11,026 nucleotides of DNA, taken from a virus (Duplodnaviria > Heunggongvirae > Uroviricota > Caudoviricetes). Every line of letters starts with the position of its first letter. Within the stretch, counting starts at the first letter, position 1. The notes under the pieces are model-generated. The model was not told the origin of the DNA. It made no database searches and was given only the letters and a program-made list of their open reading frames with translations. The stretch lies in IMG/VR virus record IMGVR_UViG_2690316285_000015; one strand, 5' to 3'. This document shows positions 1 through 7,167 of the stretch, piece by piece. The position numbers and the translations under genes were made by a program.

Positions 1-207
1 TAAGTGATACTGGTTGTCTGGAGATTCAGGGGGCCAGTCTAGAGCATGAACGTTACAACGGTGAGGTAGTACCAAACGTTTACCCGAATCGATAACCTCA
101 CCTTTGAACGGGCTAATGAGAAGTTATCGCGGAATGGTATAGCTAATCGTATCCGTAAGGACATTACCATTGCTCAGGATGATTACATTACTAACCTCTT
201 CCCGAAG

Positions 208-1038
208 ATGCTGAAATGCGGTCACTGTGGGGGCAATATTGCAATTCACTATAATCATGTACGAACTAAGTATGTTATTTGTCGTAACAGGGAAGAAAAG
301 AAGATCTGCGATGCTAAATCTATCCAGTACATGAGAATTGAAAAGAACATTCTACAGCTTGTCAAAAATGTAGACTTCAATAAATTGATGATGGAAGGTA
401 AGTCGGATTCAGATTCATTGCTTGCATCATTGCGAGAAGAGTTAAGTACTTTACAGAAAGAGGCAGAAACCTATCAGGTTAAAATTAATGAACGTAAGGC
501 AGCAGGTAAGAAAGCCTCGTTACCATTAATGACGGGTTTAACTGAGGTACAGGATAGAATTGAAGAAATAGAATCTGAGATATTAAATTCAAAGAACATC
601 AAAGAAATCCCTGTATTTGATTTCGATATTAATAAAGTACTTGATCCATTGAATGTCGAGTTACGTGCAAAGTTACGGAAAGAAGTAAGATTAGTACTGA
701 AATCTGTTAAGTACTGGGTTTTTGAAAAGCGTATATTTGTACAGTTGGAATACTTCAATGATGTCCTATCCCATACGCTTGTGATTGATAACAAGCGGGG
801 CGGGGGTGAAGTACTACATGAGATCGTAATCTCTGAAACAAGCGGCGAGCGTGTCTACACTGTCAATGAAGAGGGCAAAACCGTTTTCATTGCCTCCGTT
901 ACATCTGGTACTGATATGTGGTCGCTTGCCATTAGCCGTACCAAAATACTTGATGATGTTGGATTGTATCTTAATCTTCTCAAGCGTGAAAAATTTGAGA
1001 TCATTGTTAATGAAGATATGATTGATTGGATGGATTAA
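208..1038 (+). CDS. Large serine recombinase, C-terminal region (zinc beta-ribbon plus coiled-coil); N-terminal catalytic part not intact in this window
   Basis: Translation begins ...LKCGHCGGNIAIHYNHVRTKYVICRNREEKKICDAKSIQYMRIEKNILQLV, matching the C-x2-C ... Y-x-C ... C pattern of the recombinase zinc beta-ribbon domain, followed by a charged coiled-coil-like stretch (LREELSTLQKEAETYQVKINERK...). The same frame is open back to 70 and encodes IDNLTFERANEKL, resembling the end of the recombinase domain, but TAG at 67-69 closes it and the only open frame upstream (frame 3, 3-92) ends at TAA 93-95. Confidence 0.65.
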   Translation: MLKCGHCGGNIAIHYNHVRTKYVICRNREEKKICDAKSIQYMRIEKNILQLVKNVDFNKLMMEGKSDSDSLLASLREELSTLQKEAETYQVKINERKAAGKKASLPLMTGLTEVQDRIEEIESEILNSKNIKEIPVFDFDINKVLDPLNVELRAKLRKEVRLVLKSVKYWVFEKRIFVQLEYFNDVLSHTLVIDNKRGGGEVLHEIVISETSGERVYTVNEEGKTVFIASVTSGTDMWSLAISRTKILDDVGLYLNLLKREKFEIIVNEDMIDWMD

Positions 1039-1333
1039 AAGCTAATGAGAATTTATGGTCTTGTAGAATGAATTATGCGAGTTAATATTTGAACAATATA
1101 TCTACGATGTCGAAATCTAACGGCATTGTAGATAGAGCAATAAAAGAGGGATTATGAATTTTGGATATAACTACGCACCCGATGGGTTTAAGATTTTCGT
1201 GCAAAATACAGCAAATCATTTATATCAGCGTGTGTTAGAATAGTCAAGGGTAAAATTAACTTTTTTGACTTTTCAACGTTAAACCAGTACCATAGCGTCA
1301 TTCATTAACGAATAGGAGCGATGAAACCATGAG

Positions 1334-1735
1334 ATGAATTCTAAAGAGAGGATTGCCAAAATGCGTAAGAAAGAAAATAAAGCAAAAAAAGAAAAATTCC
1401 GTCAATTTTTCCCTGAGAATTATGATATTGGGATCTCATTGAATGAAGAGAATCAATTAAGGCTTTTTTCAAAGCGGAATGATTCTCAAGATGAGAGCTT
1501 ATGCAAGTACGAATTTTCCAACAAAATTAAAGTTCAGTACATTTTTTTGCCGTATTCTTCTGAAATTCAAGTTATAACAGATGAGTTTCCGCTAACGGAG
1601 GCAGGCTGTCAGGAGTGTACTCAAGCTTTCAAACATCCAATATCAATGGAACTAATTGAAGAGATAAAAGAAGCAAAATGTTCAGTTACTGGACTTGTCA
1701 TTTATTCGAAACCTATACTAAAACTTATTAGCTAA
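1334..1735 (+). CDS. Hypothetical protein (133 aa; start could instead be ATG 1364)
   Basis: Open frame with lysine-rich N-terminus; GAGAGGA lies about 10 nt upstream of the alternative ATG at 1364; no recognisable domain. Confidence 0.4.
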   Translation: MNSKERIAKMRKKENKAKKEKFRQFFPENYDIGISLNEENQLRLFSKRNDSQDESLCKYEFSNKIKVQYIFLPYSSEIQVITDEFPLTEAGCQECTQAFKHPISMELIEEIKEAKCSVTGLVIYSKPILKLIS

Positions 1736-1811
1736 CACATCCAAATTGTTACGTTTTAAGTACTCCCTCACTAAATACTATAAAGTTGAATGTGAATGGG
1801 GGTACTTCAAA

Positions 1812-1985
1812 ATGGAATGGTTTACTAAATTACTTTACGAGATAGTAGGCTTTGTACTTTACATCTTTCTGATAATCCCAATATATATAGTGCTCATGTT
1901 TTTATCTATGATTTTAGTACTATTGCTTTCCCCATTAAAAATCAAATCGATAAATAAATACGTAGTAAGAAAAATGAAACGCTAA
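1812..1985 (+). CDS. Small hydrophobic membrane protein (57 aa from internal ATG; the ORF-track start at 1746 is TTG)
   Basis: GGGGG 9 nt upstream of ATG 1812; single long hydrophobic segment LYEIVGFVLYIFLIIPIYIVLMFLSMILVLLL followed by a basic tail; rho-independent terminator downstream. Confidence 0.4.
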   Translation: MEWFTKLLYEIVGFVLYIFLIIPIYIVLMFLSMILVLLLSPLKIKSINKYVVRKMKR

Positions 1986-2096
1986 AAGTTTTGGTGCTAT
2001 ACTAATAGTATCAGAACGATAATGCGTTTTGCCTTCCGCTCCAGCTTTGAACATAAATAATATAGCGACAATAAATTTCCTTTTTAATTAAGATTG

Positions 2097-2124
2097 CCTC
2101 TCTTGCGAGAGAGGTATCTTTTTA
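2097..2124 (+). terminator. Rho-independent terminator candidate
   Basis: Perfect 7-bp stem CCTCTCT / AGAGAGG (2097-2103 and 2108-2114) with 4-nt loop TGCG, followed by TATCTTTTTA. Confidence 0.55.
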
Positions 2125-2173
2125 ATTTGGATTTATAAATACAGTATACAAATACACCTATAAGGATATAGAA

Positions 2174-2359
2174 ATGAAAAAAGTAACTTTAAAGGAACGC
2201 AAACATCATGTAGTAACCGCACGTCTTAATGACGATCAAGTACTTGTACTTAACCAGCTAATTAGTAGTGGGAAGGTACAGAAAGATTCATTATCAGCCT
2301 GTGTTCAGTACTTAATTAATCAGTACATGATTTTACAGGGCGGTGGTAATGAAGAATGA
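2174..2359 (+). CDS. Small ribbon-helix-helix-like DNA-binding protein (CopG/MobC-like pattern)
   Basis: AAGGA 8 nt upstream of ATG; HHVVTARLNDDQVLVLNQLISSGKVQKDSLSACVQYLI fits beta-strand / helix / SLS-helix layout of RHH proteins; ends at TGA. Confidence 0.5.
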   Translation: MKKVTLKERKHHVVTARLNDDQVLVLNQLISSGKVQKDSLSACVQYLINQYMILQGGGNEE

Positions 2360-2651
2360 CTTTGATTTAGTACAATATTTTGATGATTACACAATAGTAG
2401 GGGATATGGATTATCACTATTTCTATTGTGTGAAGTATCAGGAAGGTTCATTAGAAGCACATTATGAACGAATTGGTGATCCAGAAGTATTAGGTACTAT
2501 TACATGGAATGGAAATTACCTAATCGACGGATTACCAATGGTAATGTTTGTACTGGCTGCTGAAGATGAACATAAGGAATGTTTAAACCGTTTGCTAATC
2601 GTATGTGAGAAGGCGAGGGATGAATATAGGCTAAATGCTACTGGCCTCTAA
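2349..2651 (+). CDS. Hypothetical protein (about 100 aa) overlapping the 3' end of the upstream RHH-like gene
   Basis: In-frame ATG at 2349 (ORF track starts at GTG 2343); overlaps the preceding gene by about 10 nt, suggesting translational coupling; no recognisable domain. Confidence 0.45.
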   Translation: MKNDFDLVQYFDDYTIVGDMDYHYFYCVKYQEGSLEAHYERIGDPEVLGTITWNGNYLIDGLPMVMFVLAAEDEHKECLNRLLIVCEKARDEYRLNATGL

Positions 2652-2705
2652 GTAGTAGCAGACGCGATCACATGGAGTGACGCGATAACAACAAGGACGT
2701 TTGAT

Positions 2706-3260
2706 ATGAACCCTAAAATCACTTGGAGATTAATTCCAAATTCAAAACATTACTACGTATCTGAAAATGGCGATGTTTACAATGATAAAACAAAACAGTA
2801 TATAGCTACGAAAAACCCATCTAATGGATACAAAAAAGTTTCTATTAATGGCAAATCACTATATGTACATGTTTTGGTTTGTACTTTATTCAATGGTGCT
2901 AAACCCATTGGAGGAAGATACACTGTAGATCATATCGACCGCGATAAAATGAATAACAAAGCAAAAAATTTACGTTGGGTAACTCAGAAGGTTAATAATT
3001 CCAATAGAAAGCATAAAGGTACTCGTACTCAAAAGCTTACTCTAAAGCAATGGTTAATGATTGTTGGAGAGTACCTTAAAGGACAATTATCTCAATATGC
3101 AATCACTAAATGGTTTTTAAATCAAACTGGTATTAATATTTGCCCTCAGAATATAGGTAAGTTATTCAAAGGTACTACCTATTCAAAATGGTACACAACA
3201 TATCTTACGAATAAGCAAAGACAAAGAATACAAAGCCTAACCATTCAACGTAAACCATAA
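2706..3260 (+). CDS. HNH homing endonuclease (HNH-AP2 type, phage freestanding endonuclease family)
   Basis: SLYVHVLVCTLFNGAKPIGGRYTVDHIDRDKMNNKAKNLRWVTQKVNN matches the conserved core of phage HNH homing endonucleases (H..L.. then HID..K.NN...NLR.VT...N); AAGGACG upstream of ATG. Confidence 0.8.
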   Translation: MNPKITWRLIPNSKHYYVSENGDVYNDKTKQYIATKNPSNGYKKVSINGKSLYVHVLVCTLFNGAKPIGGRYTVDHIDRDKMNNKAKNLRWVTQKVNNSNRKHKGTRTQKLTLKQWLMIVGEYLKGQLSQYAITKWFLNQTGINICPQNIGKLFKGTTYSKWYTTYLTNKQRQRIQSLTIQRKP

Positions 3261-3265
3261 AAAAT

Positions 3266-3285
3266 GCCAGTATTCCAGTACTGGC
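3266..3285 (+). terminator. Hairpin downstream of the homing endonuclease gene (weak terminator candidate)
   Basis: GCCAGTA (3266-3272) / TACTGGC (3279-3285) 7-bp stem, 6-nt loop; the downstream tract ATCTATTC is only weakly U-rich. The stem contains the AGTACT motif. Confidence 0.3.
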
Positions 3286-3381
3286 ATCTATTCAAAACTC
3301 AATGGCAATGAAGCCAAACTTATTAAATGGCCTGTAATCACTACGGGTCACGATTAATTAATTTATACAGGATTATTTATC

Positions 3382-3843
3382 ATGGCAAAAACCTATTCAA
3401 CTTTTGATAACAGAAACATAAAAGCACTAATTAGCCAGTACAAGCTATATAAAGATATCCCATGCGAAGACATCAAGAACATCATGAAGGACTCAGTAGC
3501 TAAACTTAAAGTGAGAGATAAGATTAGTGTATATGATGTGTTTGCAGTATTGAGTAATGAAGATGAATTACGGAATGATTTACTATTCAATACTATCAAT
3601 GCTATTAAAGTACAACAGAATAAGAAACAAGTAAAAGAACGTATGATCAGGTACTATGGGGCAGCGATCACGGATGCAGCAAAACGAATAGAGCAGTATA
3701 TGTTGGCACACCCAAACGCACTGCCAGCACCAGTATATGGACAAAGAACACTAACATATAAAGAGTTTGGTAAACTATTGGAACTACAAAAACAAGGTGA
3801 CTTTATTGATGACATGATCGAGTACTTAAAGGGCTTGCGTTAA
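3382..3843 (+). CDS. Hypothetical protein (153 aa)
   Basis: Long open frame with consistent coding composition; no recognisable motif. Confidence 0.5.
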   Translation: MAKTYSTFDNRNIKALISQYKLYKDIPCEDIKNIMKDSVAKLKVRDKISVYDVFAVLSNEDELRNDLLFNTINAIKVQQNKKQVKERMIRYYGAAITDAAKRIEQYMLAHPNALPAPVYGQRTLTYKEFGKLLELQKQGDFIDDMIEYLKGLR

Positions 3844-3852
3844 TTGTAACTT

Positions 3853-3889
3853 ATTACGGCATATTACGGCATGGATGTATGCCGTAATA
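3853..3889. repeat. ATTACGGCAT repeat cluster: two tandem direct copies plus one inverted copy forming an 11-bp stem hairpin
   Basis: ATTACGGCAT at 3853-3862 and 3863-3872, reverse complement ATGCCGTAAT at 3879-3888; further TACGGCA copies at 3887-3893 and 3922-3928; followed by an A7 run, not a T run. Confidence 0.6.
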
Positions 3890-4306
3890 CGGCAAAAAAA
3901 GCCCCTGAAACCCGCTATTTACCATCAATACGGCAACTAAGTATAGAGATACGAAATCCATTCCATTTCATTCCATGTATTTCTTTCTCTATCAGTATTC
4001 CAAGAAACTGTGACTTGCGTCACGAATACTACTCGTCGTGAACTCCTCGTAGTATTGGTTAGTAACGTTGCGTTTTTCTCGCCAGTACTCGAAAACCCGC
4101 AAGGCGTTACTACTCGCTTTGCTCGATAGATGTTAGTACAGCAAATGAAGTACCTAAAGTGAATTGGTAAGTACGACATGCCCCGCCAGTTCCACAACTC
4201 TCGCTCTGGTCATTTCCACTACTATGATGCTATTGGATAGCTACATAAAGTACTGGATCAAGTAGGCATTTTTTGTGTACAAAGAGGGAATTAAGAGAGG
4301 GATACC

Positions 4307-5050
4307 ATGAACAGAAAACAATTCATCCAGTCGCATGGTGCTACTTGTAGTAACTGGACTTGGAGTTGGTCATTTGTGAACCACGACAAGAAAATGGTTA
4401 TCTTTGGTGCATGGGATGTACAAAAAGAGCAAGAAAGATCAGTCATTCTGAGGGAGCGGTGGAAAACCAAAGTTGTGGAGGGAAAGGAAAGAAAAAATCT
4501 TGGATATATTCAAGCTATTGAACACATTCAATTGATAGCTGAAGGTTATGAGCTTTACACGTTTGATATGGAGCAGGGACGAAACGATGAGAATAGAGAT
4601 GTAGCTGTTATCAAACGGTTCACTCCAAAACTTGAAAAACGTTACCTTCGGAAAGAAGGAACAGTTTGGTATGCAGACTTTTTACCTAATCCATTTCCAG
4701 ATGAAATTACCTCACCTGAAAACTACGCTGAGGGTGCAAAAAAGCAAGTTACAGTAAACTCCTACGAGCGTGATCCAAAAGCACGACAGGCTTGTATTGA
4801 CCATCATGGTACTTCCTGCGGGTGTTGTGAGTTTAACTTTGAGAAAGTCTATGGTGAACACGCCAAGGGCTTTATACACGTTCATCATATCAAACCGCTA
4901 CACACAGTAGGCGAGGATTACGAGGTAAATCCAATTACTGATATGGTTCCACTTTGTCCAAACTGTCACGCAATGGTACATCGCGGTAACGAAGTATTAA
5001 GTGTCGAAAGTTTAAAAGCACTGTTGTTTAAAGACAGCAATAAAATTTGA
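4307..5050 (+). CDS. HNH nuclease with McrA-like C-terminal HNH domain and an N-terminal domain of unknown type (possible modification-dependent restriction-like enzyme)
   Basis: C-terminus CGCCEFNFEKVYGEHAKGFIHVHHIKPLHTVGEDYEVNPITDMVPLCPNCHAMVHRG has the C-x2-C ... HH ... N ... C-P-N-C-H arrangement of McrA-type HNH domains; AGAGAGGGA SD-like element just upstream of ATG; ends at TGA. Confidence 0.7.
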   Translation: MNRKQFIQSHGATCSNWTWSWSFVNHDKKMVIFGAWDVQKEQERSVILRERWKTKVVEGKERKNLGYIQAIEHIQLIAEGYELYTFDMEQGRNDENRDVAVIKRFTPKLEKRYLRKEGTVWYADFLPNPFPDEITSPENYAEGAKKQVTVNSYERDPKARQACIDHHGTSCGCCEFNFEKVYGEHAKGFIHVHHIKPLHTVGEDYEVNPITDMVPLCPNCHAMVHRGNEVLSVESLKALLFKDSNKI

Positions 5051-5132
5051 ATTTATTTTAGACTTGATACGACATACTTGAAAAGTTATGAATACAATAT
5101 GCTTTAAATTAGACATGTAAGTTGAGAGAAAA

Positions 5133-5606
5133 ATGAGCATAACAACAATAGCAGCTACATATAAAGATGTGTTAACTATTGCTTTTTCGGCGTTGTCATT
5201 TATTATTGCATGTACTTCCTTATACTTCTCCGGTAGGGCAGCATGGCATGATAGATCAAGGCTAAAAATAACAGCTGACCTCGTCTACGAGTCTTTTGAT
5301 GAGGAACCTTATAAAATCGAGGTGATAGTGATCAATGTTGGTAGGCGTGATGCAGTTTTGGAAGGGATGCTTTGCCATTATGAAAAAGGCATTAGGAGCC
5401 ATTCATCTCCAAAAGAGAGCATTGTTATTAAAGAAAAGCAAAGAAAAAAATTTGAATTGGTAAGCTCAGACTTAGTCACGATAGATAATGAATGTGATAT
5501 TTGTCATTTAGAAGATATAACTATTTTAGATGTGGAGGGGAATGAACATAAAATCCCTAACTCTCACAGACTCATTGCATTACTTAAGCAAGATAAAAAG
5601 ACTTAA
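5133..5606 (+). CDS. Membrane-anchored hypothetical protein (one N-terminal TM helix, about 120-aa soluble domain)
   Basis: Hydrophobic segment LTIAFSALSFIIACTSLYF near the N-terminus; lies 82 bp downstream of the HNH nuclease gene on the same strand. Confidence 0.5.
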   Translation: MSITTIAATYKDVLTIAFSALSFIIACTSLYFSGRAAWHDRSRLKITADLVYESFDEEPYKIEVIVINVGRRDAVLEGMLCHYEKGIRSHSSPKESIVIKEKQRKKFELVSSDLVTIDNECDICHLEDITILDVEGNEHKIPNSHRLIALLKQDKKT

Positions 5607-5644
5607 GAATAATATTTTTTGGAATGTAAGGTAAATGTTAGATG

Positions 5645-5686
5645 CCACTATAGATTGAGGGTTAGAACTACTAACCCACTATAGGG
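5645..5686 (+). promoter_or_regulatory. Two direct CCACTATAG repeats flanking a 7-bp stem hairpin; the cores resemble single-subunit phage RNA polymerase promoters
   Basis: CCACTATAGA at 5645-5654 and AACCCACTATAGGG at 5673-5686; hairpin GGGTTAG (5659-5665) / CTAACCC (5671-5677). T7 consensus core is CACTATAGGG and SP6 core is ACACTATAGA. Confidence 0.3.
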
Positions 5687-5862
5687 TTTACGAGATGATA
5701 AGAATGGAATTTAACACCTACGATGGTGATATATATTACTTCCTCTATTTATATAGGAGGTACGAAAGGGGGAGTACTTTAATGAAGACCTTATAAATCT
5801 TAATGTTGAGATGTTAGTTATAGCGGTGAGGATACCCCACCGTCTATTGGGAGTTGTGGACT

Positions 5863-6531
5863 CTAATTAGAGAAAACGAATAAGTTATTCATGTCCTTTT
5901 TCAAGGTTGCATGTGCTTCTATTAAACTATCAAATGTATCTACTAATAACTTTCCATAGCTGACATTGTAATGATATCTATCATGAATGTCATTTATATC
6001 AAAACTTATCGCTTCCCTCAATGTTCCTAAAGCAATTTGATTACTGAAGAAATAATTATTGAATATAGCTTCATCTTTTGGCGATACTTTCCAAAAGGTA
6101 AGTGATTGCAATTCGCTTTTTAATGAGGCTAACTTAATGTTTAATAGATCGATAACTTCTCGTTCAGTTTTAACTAAATGTGCGAAATTTTTTGGTTCTA
6201 TATCTGGTTCAGTATTGTTAAGGTTGCATATATTTTCATATGTTTTCAACATCTCCAACGAAAAAAGATCGCAATTAGTCCAGAACTTAGTAACTTGATT
6301 TAAAGCATTTTCCTTTATTTTAGTTTGAAACCAATTTTTAGCGTTCCATGCTGCATATAGGGCTGCTCCAGCCATAATGAGATTGGCAATAGAACTAACC
6401 CAGTCACTAACCGATCCCCACTCGAAACCTTCAGAACCAACAAAGAGTGATTTTATTAGTACTAAAATTACAACAACCAGTAATACTGCTACGGTCGATA
6501 AAAGAACGATATTTAATTTTCTACAATCCAT
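5863..6531 (-). CDS. Membrane protein (222 aa; two N-terminal TM helices and a cytoplasmic C-terminal domain)
   Basis: Hydrophobic segments IVLLSTVAVLLVVVILVLI and VSSIANLIMAGAALYAAW; AGGAA about 11 nt upstream of the minus-strand ATG; stop TAG. Confidence 0.55.
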   Translation of the reverse strand: MDCRKLNIVLLSTVAVLLVVVILVLIKSLFVGSEGFEWGSVSDWVSSIANLIMAGAALYAAWNAKNWFQTKIKENALNQVTKFWTNCDLFSLEMLKTYENICNLNNTEPDIEPKNFAHLVKTEREVIDLLNIKLASLKSELQSLTFWKVSPKDEAIFNNYFFSNQIALGTLREAISFDINDIHDRYHYNVSYGKLLVDTFDSLIEAHATLKKDMNNLFVFSN

Positions 6532-6604
6532 CGAAAGTAGTTCCTGAACGCATTAAAGGGGCAAATACTTTACCATCCGAAACACAATCAAGTACACTAC
6601 CCGT

Positions 6605-6660
6605 TCACGTACTGCTCACATGTTGGGTTTGTTATTTTGTTGGGGTGAGCAGTACGTGTA
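6605..6660. repeat. 15-bp perfect inverted repeat with 26-nt spacer between two minus-strand genes
   Basis: TCACGTACTGCTCAC (6605-6619) and GTGAGCAGTACGTGA (6646-6660); spacer has GTTGGG repeats; begins 4 nt after the stop of the upstream minus-strand gene; no U-tract on either strand. Confidence 0.6.
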
Positions 6661-6663
6661 TCC

Positions 6664-6975
6664 TCAGAAGGGTAGTTCCCCCTGATCACAGAACCAATCA
6701 CCTTCTTCACTGCTTTGATTCATCCGGTACTCAGCAGATAGATATGCTAACCCATCAATAACACTTATTAGTGGTGTTTCACAGGTAAGTACAAAACAAT
6801 CTCTCTCTATAGTACCTAACCAGTATTCCCTGTACTGATTCTGGAAGAATACCCTATCCCCATAATGAAATTCTGTTAGTGCAGATCCCCAATAACACAC
6901 GGTTGCCCAGCGACCGTTATGTGAGAACTTCTGAACCCCTCGCGTAATGGATGGATCATAGCCGTCTTTGCTCAT
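6664..6975 (-). CDS. Hypothetical soluble protein (103 aa)
   Basis: Strong SD: reverse complement of 6976-6995 reads AGAGGAGGGTAACAA immediately before the ATG; ends at TGA; no recognisable domain. Confidence 0.5.
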   Translation of the reverse strand: MSKDGYDPSITRGVQKFSHNGRWATVCYWGSALTEFHYGDRVFFQNQYREYWLGTIERDCFVLTCETPLISVIDGLAYLSAEYRMNQSSEEGDWFCDQGELPF

Positions 6976-7082
6976 TTGTTACCCTCCTCTATGTATTACT
7001 GTATATATGTACAGTATTGCAGTCAGTTTCCCAAAAATCCAGCACCCCTTTGTTTACCACTTTGAATGATTAATTCTATTGT

Positions 7083-7135
7083 AATGATCAATAAAATTGA
7101 TCGATTTAATTGCCAATGTTTTAAAAATGATCAAT
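7083..7135. promoter_or_regulatory. Operator-like repeats AATGATCAAT with three GATC sites, in the divergent intergenic region
   Basis: AATGATCAAT at 7083-7092 and 7126-7135; palindrome GATCAAT-AAA-ATTGATC at 7086-7102; GATC at 7086, 7099 and 7129. Confidence 0.4.
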
Positions 7136-7167
7136 TATCAATAACTTAAAGCGTAACGAGCAAAGTT

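Noticed and set aside
474-794. 106-aa minus-strand ORF
   Set aside because: Lies entirely antisense within the recombinase coding region; no RBS and low-complexity translation; typical shadow ORF.
3393-3599. 68-aa minus-strand ORF
   Set aside because: Antisense to the better-supported plus-strand gene 3382..3843; no RBS.
3937-4197. 86-aa minus-strand ORF in the long non-coding stretch
   Set aside because: No RBS, odd composition (Cys/Arg/Thr-rich), and it overlaps the repeat-rich region; more likely non-coding. The region is reported as a regulatory or RNA candidate instead.
5754-5796. Two strong SD-like elements (AGGAGG, GGGGGAG) followed by a 4-codon mini-ORF (ATG 5782, MKTL, stop)
   Set aside because: Too short to be a protein gene; could be a leader peptide but there is no downstream gene on this strand. 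Noted only.
6059-6761. Plus-strand ORFs 6059..6298 and 6447..6761
   Set aside because: Both are antisense to or overlapping the minus-strand genes and the 6605-6660 stem-loop; no RBS; shadow ORFs.
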